Shown here in pieces: positions 1-9,402 of a DNA stretch of 64,000 nt. Made by a program: the position numbers and the translations under genes. A model generated the notes under the pieces. It was not told the DNA's origin and searched no databases. It saw only the letters and a program-made list of their open reading frames with translations. How positions within the stretch are numbered: position 1 is the stretch's first letter; each line of letters starts with the position of its first letter. Location: contig JAUXAU010000004.1 in NCBI GenBank assembly GCA_030619765.1, positions 5,717 to 69,716 on the forward strand. The letters are read 5' to 3'. This DNA is from Thermoplasmatota archaeon (GTDB taxonomy: Archaea > Thermoplasmatota > E2 > DHVEG-1).

Positions 1-40
1 AAACGAACTTGGAGAAGAATTTCTTTTCAAAATTGAAAAG

Positions 41-472
41 ATGGGTGTAAACCTAAATAATATACAGGTAATATTATTGCGACAAGGACATGAGCTGTTA
101 GTTAAAAAAGCATTAGAAGCAATTATAAACATAATAGATGAGAGAACTTCTAAAGGCTTTGCAGTTGTCACTATAGATACTATTATAGAAGAACTCGAGA
201 ATAGACATGATGTTTTAAAATACATCAAGATAGATAAATCACGATACACAGAAGGGGCAGATGCTATCAGTATTATGCCAGAGGTAAATTCTGTTGAATC
301 ATACAAACTTGGAAAAGCAATTCGAGAAATCATTAAGATGACACATAAACACTTAGGAGATAAAACCTATAATTTCATTGAGGAGTTTAAAAACAAACTT
401 GGAGATAAATATCTTTCAGAGATTGAAAAAATCGGTGTAAACCTACATTTTTTAGAACTGAAATTTACTTAA
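41..472 (+). CDS. hypothetical protein (probably 5'-truncated by the window edge)
   Basis: ORF track; coding-like composition; the frame is open back to the window start. Confidence 0.55.
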   Translation: MGVNLNNIQVILLRQGHELLVKKALEAIINIIDERTSKGFAVVTIDTIIEELENRHDVLKYIKIDKSRYTEGADAISIMPEVNSVESYKLGKAIREIIKMTHKHLGDKTYNFIEEFKNKLGDKYLSEIEKIGVNLHFLELKFT

Positions 473-837
473 ATAATTAGACATCAATAGATGAAAAGGT
501 CGACGGGCGTTTTTATCTATCAACTAGATTTTCGAAATTTTGCTTGCAAAAACAGTTTAATCATTTTAAGTTTTCAAAACATGTAATCTGTTGAATAGCG
601 AAAGATATAATAGTCGTGCTAACAATGGGAATCTCTCTAACTAAGAATCGGAGAAATAATGAGTTTGTTGATTTCTGATTCAATGGTATAGTAACATCTA
701 ATGTCTCCCAGTCGCTCTAAGAATCATGAGGGTCTTTAGCTTTTGCTCTAATTGTATAGGTTCCTTTTTCGTACCACGTATGACTGGCTGTTATTGCGAC
801 ATCTGAGGGGGATGGACCACTATATTCAATGGGAGAA

Positions 838-1080
838 TCATCGCCCCATTCCACGATGTAAACGATTTCCAACATTTGTTAAAAATATGATTACTGGTCC
901 ACCTAGATTATGTACGATTTTGTTTGTAGTAACCTCCAACACTGACCCCATTGGAACTGGGCCTCTTACACAGGTTCTAGCATTTTTATTTTCTACAATA
1001 TTAGAACCCAAAGAGCCTGTGGTTGACAATACAAGTAGTATTACAATTACTCCCATTAAAAGATATTTTACCTTTCTCAT
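838..1080 (-). CDS. small secreted/exported protein
   Basis: Signal-peptide-like N-terminus MRKVKYLLMGVIVILLVLS; lies downstream of a structured leader. Confidence 0.5.
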   Translation of the reverse strand: MRKVKYLLMGVIVILLVLSTTGSLGSNIVENKNARTCVRGPVPMGSVLEVTTNKIVHNLGGPVIIFLTNVGNRLHRGMGR

Positions 1081-1111
1081 TCTTTTACCCTTTTTTACAT
1101 AGAATCACTAG

Positions 1112-1275
1112 AATGAAATAGGGGTCCCACCACTATAGCCCCTTCCACCTTCGTTTACTCGGCAAGCTCTCAGCCTTTCGGGTTTCGGTCTTGCCGTCTC
1201 TCATTCGGCGGCTGCGATAGATAGTCGTTGCCGACGATCATATCGGTCTTCCGCATTTGTTTCAGACTACCCAGT
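1112..1275 (-). ncRNA. putative structured RNA / riboswitch-like 5' leader
   Basis: GC-rich island; minus-strand hairpins GTCG-GCAA-CGAC and CC-GAAA-GG within CGGCAAG/CTTGCCG; closing stem GTAGTCT/GGGCTAT; TATA-like TTTTTATAA at 1298-1290. Confidence 0.5.
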
Positions 1276-1590
1276 ATTCCCGGTCACAATTATAAAAATT
1301 TTTTGTAAAAAGATAGACACATTTGTTACATTATCACATTAATTTCGTTCTTATACTACAATATTAAGGGAAAGGAAAAGAAAGAATAACGTTTTAAACA
1401 TACGGTAGAGAGGTACATGAAAATTACAGGTAAAATTGGCTCGTGTAATTCTCCATAAAAAGATATTGTGGAAGAATGAAAAAAGTTTAAGCAAAAATAT
1501 AAGGGTTAAAGACTTGTTTTTTAGCTTGCAACTACTGTTTTTTCCCACGTGACTTAGCGATTGACATAAGAAAATTACAAGATAGAAATA

Positions 1591-3003
1591 TTAATTTATC
1601 ATAGCATTTTTAATGCATCCTGGATCAGGAGCTAAATAATTTCCTGTGTATCCATATGCCCGCGCTCGGCATCCTCCGCAGTAGTATCGGTAGTCACATT
1701 TACTGCAATTTCCTTCTAATATATCTTTATTTCTTAAATCCTTAAGGATAGGGTTATTTATCCATAAATCCTCAAAATCATCCTCTTTTATATTTTCTAC
1801 AGTAGGAGGAAAAAACACACATGGTTCAATATTGCCATTTGGTCGTATAGCACAGTAAAACCTTCCACATCCACAGCCACCAATAAACTCAGCAAGGTTT
1901 ACAAGTTTCTCAGAGAGAGATGGGTTTGCAAAATGAGTAGGAACTGTTTTTTCGTTTTTACCAACTTCTGCTTCTAATGCAACCCTGGCGAATTGTGGAG
2001 CGGTTGAAAGCACATTTACCTTTCCACCGCCTTTTAATTTCTGCCATAAATCATTAAGTACTTTCTCTCTCTCAGAAGGAGTTAGATCGTTTTTTGCAAT
2101 AAACTCTCCTCTCCCAGTTGGTACAAAGTTATAGAGCATAAACCAGTTAACACCAAATTCTTCACACAAATCTATAATCCTAGGAATTTCCTCGTAATTG
2201 TATTTAGTTGCAGTGGTAGCAATATTAACAAAAAAACCTTCATTCACACAGTTTTTAATTCCCTGTACAGTTTTTTCATATACTCCGTTTATGCCTCTAA
2301 AGCTATCATGGGTCTCTGCAGTTGCACCATCAAGACTGATCTGAGTAAACCGAATACCTGCTTCTTTCATTTCCCGTGCTTTTTCTTTTGTAATTAAAGT
2401 TGCATTAGTTGCAACAGCCACATATATTCCCTTATCATAGGCATATTTCGTTAATTTAAAAATATCTTTTCGTACTAACGGTTCTCCACCAGAAAACGCG
2501 ATAATGGATACTGAAGCACGGTCAAGTTTGTCAATAACCTGTTTAGCCTCCTCAGTTGTCAACTCATCTTCAAGAGATTTTCCTGCACTAGCATAACAAT
2601 GCTTGCATTTTAGATTGCAGGCATACGTGATATCCCAAACAACAAGAAATGGAGCACCAGAAATAAACGGTCGTTGTATGCCAAAATGTGCTATTCCAGT
2701 AAGTACGTTAGCAAGTCCTTTTCTCCAAGATGGATGTTTAAATTGATCTTTAAATACTTTTGAATCTACGCCAAATGCTTTACTGCCAGTTTTTAAAATG
2801 CCACGAATAGTTTTTTCAGCGAGTTTACATTTAAAGCACGCATCTTTTCTAACACCGGTATATAATTCCAAAGCAACTTCTATGCGGCTTTTACTACAGG
2901 TCTCACAATATCCAAATCCAGTTAGGAGTTTTCGAGTGATAGGATTGGCAATAGTTGATTTCAATATCTGGATGGTAGCTGTAGTTTTCAGATACCTCAC
3001 CAC
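1591..3003 (-). CDS. radical SAM/SPASM domain protein
   Basis: CNLKCKHC motif, SGGEPL, C-terminal SPASM cysteines (CSKCDYRYYCGGCRARA). Confidence 0.92.
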   Translation of the reverse strand: MVRYLKTTATIQILKSTIANPITRKLLTGFGYCETCSKSRIEVALELYTGVRKDACFKCKLAEKTIRGILKTGSKAFGVDSKVFKDQFKHPSWRKGLANVLTGIAHFGIQRPFISGAPFLVVWDITYACNLKCKHCYASAGKSLEDELTTEEAKQVIDKLDRASVSIIAFSGGEPLVRKDIFKLTKYAYDKGIYVAVATNATLITKEKAREMKEAGIRFTQISLDGATAETHDSFRGINGVYEKTVQGIKNCVNEGFFVNIATTATKYNYEEIPRIIDLCEEFGVNWFMLYNFVPTGRGEFIAKNDLTPSEREKVLNDLWQKLKGGGKVNVLSTAPQFARVALEAEVGKNEKTVPTHFANPSLSEKLVNLAEFIGGCGCGRFYCAIRPNGNIEPCVFFPPTVENIKEDDFEDLWINNPILKDLRNKDILEGNCSKCDYRYYCGGCRARAYGYTGNYLAPDPGCIKNAMIN

Positions 3004-3274
3004 AATTTGATTGGCGTAAATTAATTCAATCTATTTCTTTACAAGCCATAATTTCGAAATATTTAATTCTTTAAAAACATATCCAAATAAATTCTACTTT
3101 TCTTATTTATTAGACTATTATTAGACTAAACAATATGGATCTAGTCCAAATTGATTCCAACAACATAGGTTTAAATGGATTTTTGAGGACCGAGAAAAAT
3201 GACTATGTGAGAACTGCACAGGAAAATCAAAATCGAGGGAAATGAAAATCAACATAAAATTCCTTTTAGATGCT

Positions 3275-3392
3275 GGTATGGGCTTAGCCAGCAGTGCGAA
3301 CTCCAACAGGAGAAAATTTGTTGGGTCAAAGCCCGATTTTTGACCAACTTGAAAATTGGTTCGTACTCACTAAACTCTTTTTTTCTTTTTTT
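3275..3392 (+). repeat. structured repeat, copy 1 (homologous to 7116-7231)
   Basis: GGCTTAGCC...ACAGGAG...GTTGGGT...CAACTTGA...GGTTC.TACTCACTAA plus T-tract, shared with copy 2. Confidence 0.8.
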
Positions 3393-3669
3393 GCGCCAGA
3401 TATTTTCGATTTTGTTCGGCCCAATACTTTTCCATATCACAGAGTATCTGTTTTTTATTCACTGAAGGATCGTTTGGTTCATATGCGAAACAAAGGAACA
3501 TTTCTCCCTTTCGAATCTCTTCCATCTGATCCATACGATTAAGCAGACAAGGTACTTCTTCATTTGCATCATTATTTTTCAGACATGAACTACATAACGC
3601 GGGTAACGGAACGGTGAGGGGGTCGATTTCTTTTCCATCATCTGAAAAATATCCTTCTTTTAAACTCAT
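3370..3669 (-). CDS. hypothetical Cys-containing protein
   Basis: Strong SD (AGGAGGAGG) before the ATG; CxxC...C...C. Confidence 0.7.
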   Translation of the reverse strand: MSLKEGYFSDDGKEIDPLTVPLPALCSSCLKNNDANEEVPCLLNRMDQMEEIRKGEMFLCFAYEPNDPSVNKKQILCDMEKYWAEQNRKYLAQKKKKRV

Positions 3670-3842
3670 GGCCTCCTCCTTTATGATTATGAAAAACTTC
3701 TTTTGAATATTTTATATTTGATATAGAATCACCATAATTTATCTTTACTGGTCGTTCGTAAAGTAAGACGATCTTCAAGACCGAACGCATTAAATTAAAT
3801 GTTAATAAAGATTAAAGCTTAACACATGTTTATCTTTTAAAG

Positions 3843-4346
3843 ATGAATCAAACAGAGGTAAAGATTGTTCGTAGTGCAAAAAGAAAAAAGACCATTCAAG
3901 CGAAAATGGTGAATGGTAAACTCTGGATCTATCTCCCTAGTGGTATGACAAAGGCGGAGGAACAAAAATGGATTGAACAAATGAGTAAAAAGTTTGATAA
4001 AAGGAAACGGAGCAAGAAACTAAATAATAATGAAACGGTACAGAAACGTGCTCAACAATTCAACAAACAATATTTTAATGGCGATTTAGATTTTGATATA
4101 AAGTATGTAACAAATCAAACATCAAAGTTTGGGAGTTGTACTCCTCAAACGAAGATGATACGGCTCTCTGATCGCATTGCTGATATGCCCCGATGGGTGC
4201 AAGATTATGTTATCATCCATGAGCTTGCTCATCTTATCCATCCAAATCATTCGAAGAAATTCTGGGAAAAAGTATATCAATATAAATACACGGAACGGGC
4301 AAAGGGATATCTCATCGCGGTTGGTATGGACTCAGATGAGGAGTAA
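3843..4346 (+). CDS. YgjP/DUF45-like zinc metallopeptidase-domain protein
   Basis: FGSC, YVIIHELAHLIHPNHSKKFW (HExxH). Confidence 0.88.
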   Translation: MNQTEVKIVRSAKRKKTIQAKMVNGKLWIYLPSGMTKAEEQKWIEQMSKKFDKRKRSKKLNNNETVQKRAQQFNKQYFNGDLDFDIKYVTNQTSKFGSCTPQTKMIRLSDRIADMPRWVQDYVIIHELAHLIHPNHSKKFWEKVYQYKYTERAKGYLIAVGMDSDEE

Positions 4347-4382
4347 AAAATGTAAAGATTTAGTGTTAAGGAGCGTGTATGA

Positions 4383-4964
4383 ATGAAAAAAGATTTCAAA
4401 CAAGTATATCAGTTTAAAATTACTCTGAAAAATACCAAACCCTCCGTGTGGCGACGGATACAGGTTCCAGATACATATACGTTTTGGGATCTTCATGTCG
4501 CGATTCAAGACGCAATGGGCTGGGAAGATGCACATCTTCATGAGTTTAAAATACGACAATCAACTCTAAAGAGAAAGACAATATTTAGAATCCCTGATGA
4601 GGATTCTGGTTGGGATATTATAGAAATTCTTCCAGGATGGAAACACAAAATTGCTGACAATTTTTCTATAGATTTTAAAAAAGCAGAATATACTTATGAC
4701 TTTGGTGATGACTGGGAGCACATAATAACACTTGAAAAAATCTTACCTCGTGATAAAGGCGTAAGCTATCCTAGATGTATTCAAGGAAAACGGGCTTGTC
4801 CACCTGAAGACTGCGGTGGAATCTGGGGATATGAAGAGATATGCCAAGGTAAAAGTGAATTTCAGGATTATTACAAGGATTTTGATCCTAAATGTTTTGA
4901 AGCAAATAATGTTCATTTTGACAATCCTGAGAAACGTTGGAAAATAGCATTTGGGCAAAGGTAA
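4383..4964 (+). CDS. plasmid pRiA4b ORF-3 family protein
   Basis: VWRRIQVP, LHVAIQDAMGW.DAHLHEF, YTYDFGDDWEH, ACPPEDCGG. Confidence 0.92.
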   Translation: MKKDFKQVYQFKITLKNTKPSVWRRIQVPDTYTFWDLHVAIQDAMGWEDAHLHEFKIRQSTLKRKTIFRIPDEDSGWDIIEILPGWKHKIADNFSIDFKKAEYTYDFGDDWEHIITLEKILPRDKGVSYPRCIQGKRACPPEDCGGIWGYEEICQGKSEFQDYYKDFDPKCFEANNVHFDNPEKRWKIAFGQR

Positions 4965-5084
4965 CTATTTGTTTTTACTTACCAGATACTATATTGTGAT
5001 AAAAAGTTGGATTATTATATCCACAAAATATGAACAAAAAGTTTACAGATTGCAAACTTAGGATTGATGCATCTCGCTCAATAG

Positions 5085-5627
5085 CTACAAATCTTCTAGG
5101 AGTTTTTTTGCTTCTTCAAAATATTTCTCAATAGGCTGAGGTTCGAAATCAGTTACATCTACTGAAGCATTAATTCGCTTGCCCCACGTTGTTTTTTCAT
5201 GGATATGACCATGAACATTAACAAAACCATTTTCAACATTCTCTAAGGGCCTATGTGACAGAATAAGATTTCCGATGACGATTGTATTAGTATCTGAAAC
5301 AGCGATACCAGATTTTCTGAGACGAGAGATGTTATCATGATTTCCGGGAATTAAAATTATTTCACCCTTAAGTTGGTCTTTAATTATTTTAACCTGATAA
5401 AAGTTTCTTGCTAATGCAAAATCACCCAGATGATACACAATATCCCTCTTAGAAACAACACGATTCCATTTGTGAATCATATAGGCATTCATTTCTTCAG
5501 CAGATTCGAATGGTCGATTACAATATTTGATGATATTTTTATGATAAAAATGATGGTCACCGGTAATATATATCTGTTTTTTTCTAAAAATCAATCTTAA
5601 CTTCTCAAACATACTAATATTGTTCAC
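5085..5627 (-). CDS. calcineurin-like metallophosphoesterase
   Basis: GDHHFYH, LGDF, GNHD, HGHIH motifs. Confidence 0.9.
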   Translation of the reverse strand: MNNISMFEKLRLIFRKKQIYITGDHHFYHKNIIKYCNRPFESAEEMNAYMIHKWNRVVSKRDIVYHLGDFALARNFYQVKIIKDQLKGEIILIPGNHDNISRLRKSGIAVSDTNTIVIGNLILSHRPLENVENGFVNVHGHIHEKTTWGKRINASVDVTDFEPQPIEKYFEEAKKLLEDL

Positions 5628-5643
5628 ATGAACGCCTCATCTA

Positions 5644-6447
5644 TTACGATATTAAATTTTCAAATAGATTTTTTATGGTTTCTGCATCGATATCCATCGC
5701 AATTTGTGCTTTTTGAAATACTTCTTTTTCTGATTTTAGCATCCCTTGTAATTTTGTTAAATCTTCAGGGTTTAAATGATTCCGTGATTCACTTTTTATC
5801 TTTTGGAATTTTTTTCCAGAATACCAACCTAATGCATAGATATCACAGATATCTTTTACGAGTTTTTCATCTCGTGTTCTATTTGGGACGCTTTTGATTT
5901 TGGTGGCGAGAAGTATTTCAGGTGTTGGTATCCAAAGGAGTTTATTGAATTCTCTCAGTTCTTTACGGTATTGTTTATCTTTAAAAACTGGTGTGAGTAA
6001 TTGTTCATCTGCCGGTGTAAATCCAAAGACCTCGTGAAAAGAAGGATGTATTTCATCCACTATGGGATCGACATACATGGCGAAGATGTTGTGTGTTGGT
6101 GTTCTTTTTGCTTCTTCAGGAGATAATTCTTTTCCGGTTTCGTAATGTATTTCTTTGTAATATCGAAATCCAAGGGGTTTGAATCCTTCTTTTCTTAGTA
6201 ATGACAATGATTTTGCTATTGTGGTGTTTTTAAGTTGTACTTTGTGAAGATTTTTGTTGATGTGAAATCCAAGATCTATATCTCTTGATCCAAGGTAATT
6301 TCTCCCTTGATCTTTATTGAAGTTATCGTTGGCTGTTAGATAGACTGCCCAGCCGCCGAGTATACAAATTGGTTCATATAGTATGTTAACTATTTGTTTT
6401 AGATATTTGTATGATGTTTTTGTTTCAAATTCACTATATAATGCCAT
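5644..6447 (-). CDS. AbiEii-like nucleotidyltransferase toxin (type IV TA)
   Basis: ILGGWAVY...SRDIDLG (GG...DxD), K...R...KD.CDI motif; overlaps the upstream wHTH gene. Confidence 0.75.
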   Translation of the reverse strand: MALYSEFETKTSYKYLKQIVNILYEPICILGGWAVYLTANDNFNKDQGRNYLGSRDIDLGFHINKNLHKVQLKNTTIAKSLSLLRKEGFKPLGFRYYKEIHYETGKELSPEEAKRTPTHNIFAMYVDPIVDEIHPSFHEVFGFTPADEQLLTPVFKDKQYRKELREFNKLLWIPTPEILLATKIKSVPNRTRDEKLVKDICDIYALGWYSGKKFQKIKSESRNHLNPEDLTKLQGMLKSEKEVFQKAQIAMDIDAETIKNLFENLIS

Positions 6448-7030
6448 GATACTCTCTCTCCACCAGCATTTGTGCTGCTTCTATTGCTACTCCTTCTTCT
6501 CTTAACAAATCTAATATCAGTTGTGGTATGGATACTATTCTTAATCCCTCTTTTTTAATATTTGAGTAGAACACATGTTCGTCGTCTAGTAGAAGCCTCA
6601 TATTACCTTTTCCAACAAGTCCTTGTTTAGTGAGAAGTTTATGCCATGATTGAAAATCTTGTTCTTTTATGTAAATATCTACTCGTGAGGGGAATAAATA
6701 GTGTTGTGTCAGTGATTCAGCATGATAGGTTGTGAGGGCGTATTTTAGGTTTGTTTTTTTTAAGAGATCTATGGGATCTTGAATATTGTATTCTCTATAA
6801 AGTGGGTATTTGCTGATTTCTAGCCAGTATGAAAATATGCCTTGTGTATCTTTAACTTTTGTTTTTTCAACAAGGTTTTTTTGTTCTAATGTTCTAAGAA
6901 ATTTGATTACCCAGACATGAGAACAATCTGCTTCTTTTGCAATACGATATATCGATAATGATCCATCGGGATGTTTGAGTAATATTCTGAGTATTCTCTC
7001 ACGTTTTTTGCCTTTCATAATATGTAACAA
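6434..7030 (-). CDS. AbiEi-like antitoxin (N-terminal wHTH)
   Basis: HTH SIYRIAKEADCSHVWVIKFLRTLE; YALT..., IVSIPQLILDL typical of the AbiEi C-domain. Confidence 0.72.
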   Translation of the reverse strand: MLHIMKGKKRERILRILLKHPDGSLSIYRIAKEADCSHVWVIKFLRTLEQKNLVEKTKVKDTQGIFSYWLEISKYPLYREYNIQDPIDLLKKTNLKYALTTYHAESLTQHYLFPSRVDIYIKEQDFQSWHKLLTKQGLVGKGNMRLLLDDEHVFYSNIKKEGLRIVSIPQLILDLLREEGVAIEAAQMLVEREYHGII

Positions 7031-7050
7031 TAAGAACTATTATTTAAACT

Positions 7051-7097
7051 TTACTTACATGTAACTAAAAATGATATTATATAAACATTACTTACAT
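7051..7097. promoter_or_regulatory. putative AbiEi operator/promoter
   Basis: TTACTTACAT at 7051-7060 and 7088-7097; palindrome TTACATGTAA at 7055-7064; TATA-like TTATATAAA at 7077-7085. Confidence 0.5.
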
Positions 7098-7115
7098 ATT
7101 TCTCCTAGAAAGTAT

Positions 7116-7231
7116 AGTAGGCTTAGCCGGATATGTAAAGTCCGACAGGAGGAAAAAAGTTGGGTTGAAAGCCGAATTTGGCTCAACTTGACAATCGGTT
7201 CTTACTCACTAATCCTCTTCTTTCTTTTTTT
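7116..7231 (+). repeat. structured repeat, copy 2 (candidate ncRNA)
   Basis: Homologous to 3275-3392 with compensatory changes; preceded by a TATA-like box, followed by a T-tract. Confidence 0.8.
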
Positions 7232-7313
7232 GTAAAGAGAAGATTCTATTAATTGTAGTTGCTGAAAATGAAACTCGATTTTTGTTAATAATATTCTTCA
7301 AATCTAGAAAAAG

Positions 7314-7398
7314 TGCAGGGGACGAGATTTGAACTCGCGGACCTCTACAGGACAAGGCCCTCAACCTTGCGCCGTTGACCAGGCTTGGCTACCCCTGC
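7314..7398 (-). tRNA. tRNA-Leu(GAG)
   Basis: GCAGGGG/CCCCTGC acceptor, anticodon arm CAAGG-TTGAGGG-CCTTG, long variable arm, TTCAAAT T-loop. Confidence 0.97.
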
Positions 7399-7480
7399 AT
7401 AATGAGATAAAATATATGCCTTCCTTTACCGATTTCTTGCAGTAAATAATACTAACTTATTTATCTTTTCGGTTACCAGA

Positions 7481-8014
7481 TTATATGTCATTGAGATTCA
7501 TACCACATATATCGCTTAATTCATTATGCAATTTAATGAGACGTTCCGCAAGTTGTTTCAGTCCTTTTTTTAATGCCTTTTCTACTTCTTTTTCAATTGT
7601 CTGTTTTTTACCTTTATCTATTAGATTATCTGTATGCGCAACAATTTTTTCTTCCAACGTTTTGGGAATATAATCTCTATTGGGTAATCCTAATTTGACA
7701 GCTTCATCTTTAGGGATCCCCGCACCCAAATGTCTCTCGATAATCTGTACAATGCGTTCTGGCAAACCGATTTCTCTTGCAATTTTCGCTCCCTCAATTC
7801 CATGTTTTATTCCATGTGTTTTTGATCTCCCAATATCATGAATGAGAGCACCTGCTTCAACCAGCTCAATATTTGCGTTGGTCTTCCCTGCTATTCGTAC
7901 CGCTAAATCTCTTACCACTTTGCAATGATTGATTACCTCTTCAGAACAGCCATTTTCTCTCAATAATTCAATGCATCTACTGGGGCTTGGAATGTGGGAC
8001 ATGTATTCAATCAC
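7481..8014 (-). CDS. HDIG-domain metal-dependent phosphohydrolase (TIGR00295-like)
   Basis: HC..V, LIHDIGRS, HGIEGA, EEKIVAHTD. Confidence 0.9.
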   Translation of the reverse strand: MIEYMSHIPSPSRCIELLRENGCSEEVINHCKVVRDLAVRIAGKTNANIELVEAGALIHDIGRSKTHGIKHGIEGAKIAREIGLPERIVQIIERHLGAGIPKDEAVKLGLPNRDYIPKTLEEKIVAHTDNLIDKGKKQTIEKEVEKALKKGLKQLAERLIKLHNELSDICGMNLNDI

Positions 8015-8528
8015 TCTTCTCTTTTTTAGATAAAACCTTTTTTCTTTTATTTGAGGGAATAATTTCTATTTTTCCGTTGAATTGTTCTGTTAGCCATTTT
8101 CCATTTAAATATCTATCAAGAAAAATTGCTAACGCTGCGACTTCTGAATGGGGTTGATTCCCTACCGAAATATTAAAATCGGCGTTCTCATAAAAATATG
8201 GTGGAACTTTTTCAGCTCCTACAATAATAAGAAGATCATCATTTTTATCAATTTTTGATATAGATTTTTTTAGATTGTCTCCATACATTGTGAGATGAAT
8301 TATGGTACCATTCCATTGTTTGATTATTTTTTTAGGATCTGCTCCAGTTTCTATTTGAAAATTTCCGCCGAATTTTTTACATATGGAAGTAATATTTTCT
8401 TTAATCTTTTCGTCTTTTGTAGTAATAATAATTTTATCTGCACCAAAGGCTCTAGCCACCAATGCAACATGAGTTGTTATTCGCTTGTCACGATTTATTC
8501 TATGCCCAATTCTTAAAACAGTAATCAA
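8007..8528 (-). CDS. trm56: tRNA (cytidine(56)-2'-O)-methyltransferase
   Basis: LRIGHR..RDKRITTHVALVARAFGA, HLTMYG, VGAEKVP, NQPHSEVAALA. Confidence 0.96.
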   Translation of the reverse strand: MITVLRIGHRINRDKRITTHVALVARAFGADKIIITTKDEKIKENITSICKKFGGNFQIETGADPKKIIKQWNGTIIHLTMYGDNLKKSISKIDKNDDLLIIVGAEKVPPYFYENADFNISVGNQPHSEVAALAIFLDRYLNGKWLTEQFNGKIEIIPSNKRKKVLSKKEKSD

Positions 8529-8597
8529 CGAAACTACCTTCCTTAAATTAGTAAAATATAAAGAATATTAAAAGACTCCTCTGTGTTAAACATAATT

Positions 8598-8984
8598 TTA
8601 TTGTTTTTTCTTTGAAAGCAATCTGTCTACCCTTTTATCTACATCCCGGGACTCGTAAGTTTTTTCAGTATAGTCTATCTTTTTTTTGCCAATATCATCT
8701 ACATTTTTTTCAATTGTATGCGCGCTCTCCCAACTTTTCTGTTTCCATGGTTTTTCATCTGTTTTGGGAGGTGTCGTGCTTTTTTTAGGAGCATCTCCGT
8801 TAGAGTAAAGTGTTTCATGATAATCTGTAACGGGTAATTCTTCAGTTTCGTCAATTGTTTCAGGTTCTGGTTGTAAAACTTCTTTGCTTTCTTGAGCCGT
8901 TATTTCCATTTTCTTGCTGTTCTCCTCTTTCTTTGATTTGGATTTGCCAAACAACTTCCATCTTGCCAAATATGATTCCCCCAT
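8598..8984 (-). CDS. hypothetical charged protein
   Basis: ORF track; co-oriented with neighbours. Confidence 0.6.
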   Translation of the reverse strand: MGESYLARWKLFGKSKSKKEENSKKMEITAQESKEVLQPEPETIDETEELPVTDYHETLYSNGDAPKKSTTPPKTDEKPWKQKSWESAHTIEKNVDDIGKKKIDYTEKTYESRDVDKRVDRLLSKKKQ

Positions 8985-9123
8985 TATTTGTTTCGTCTAA
9001 ATGGTTAACATAACATTGGTTGATAAATTTTTTCTTTATAAAAATCAGGTAATGTTTTCAAGTTTTTACGAAAAGCATTTATTCGATACTTATAATTCAA
9101 AAATTCAATTATCAGATATTTAT

Positions 9124-9196
9124 GGGCTTATGGTCTAGTGGTTATGACGTCGCCTTCACACGGCGGAGGTCGCCGGTTCAAATCCGGCTAAGCCCA
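9124..9196 (+). tRNA. tRNA-Val(CAC)
   Basis: GGGCTTA/TAAGCCC acceptor, anticodon loop TTCACAC, GCCGG-TTCAAAT-CCGGC T-arm. Confidence 0.97.
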
Positions 9197-9208
9197 TGCT
9201 ATTTATTA

Positions 9209-9279
9209 ACATGATTATTTAATGGAAGAATAACACCACTTTTCGCCGGTAAAAACGAGTTCAAATCTTGTCTCTTGTA
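9209..9279 (+). pseudogene. degenerate tRNA-like sequence
   Basis: 71 nt; intact T-arm ACGAG-TTCAAAT-CTTGT, D-loop-like AATGG, partial acceptor ACATGA/TCTTGT; anticodon arm decayed. Confidence 0.45.
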
Positions 9280-9402
9280 TACATACTAATTTTAACATGA
9301 GAAAAACATAGTTATTGTGAAAAGAGATTTAAACTCCAATTTACTGATAAAAATAGAAAAATACCCTTTTACGCACATTCAAATACCAGTTTTTGAAATT
9401 CC

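Noticed and set aside
1160-1200. Hammerhead ribozyme, or lysine/glycine riboswitch, in the structured leader
   Set aside because: GAAA, CTGA and CGCCGAA words are present, but the required stems and other conserved cores are missing.
3275-3392. attC site or twister ribozyme reading of the structured repeat
   Set aside because: GCT replaces the invariant GTT, there is an extra side hairpin, and the twister-like GGGTCAAAGCCC is not conserved in copy 2.
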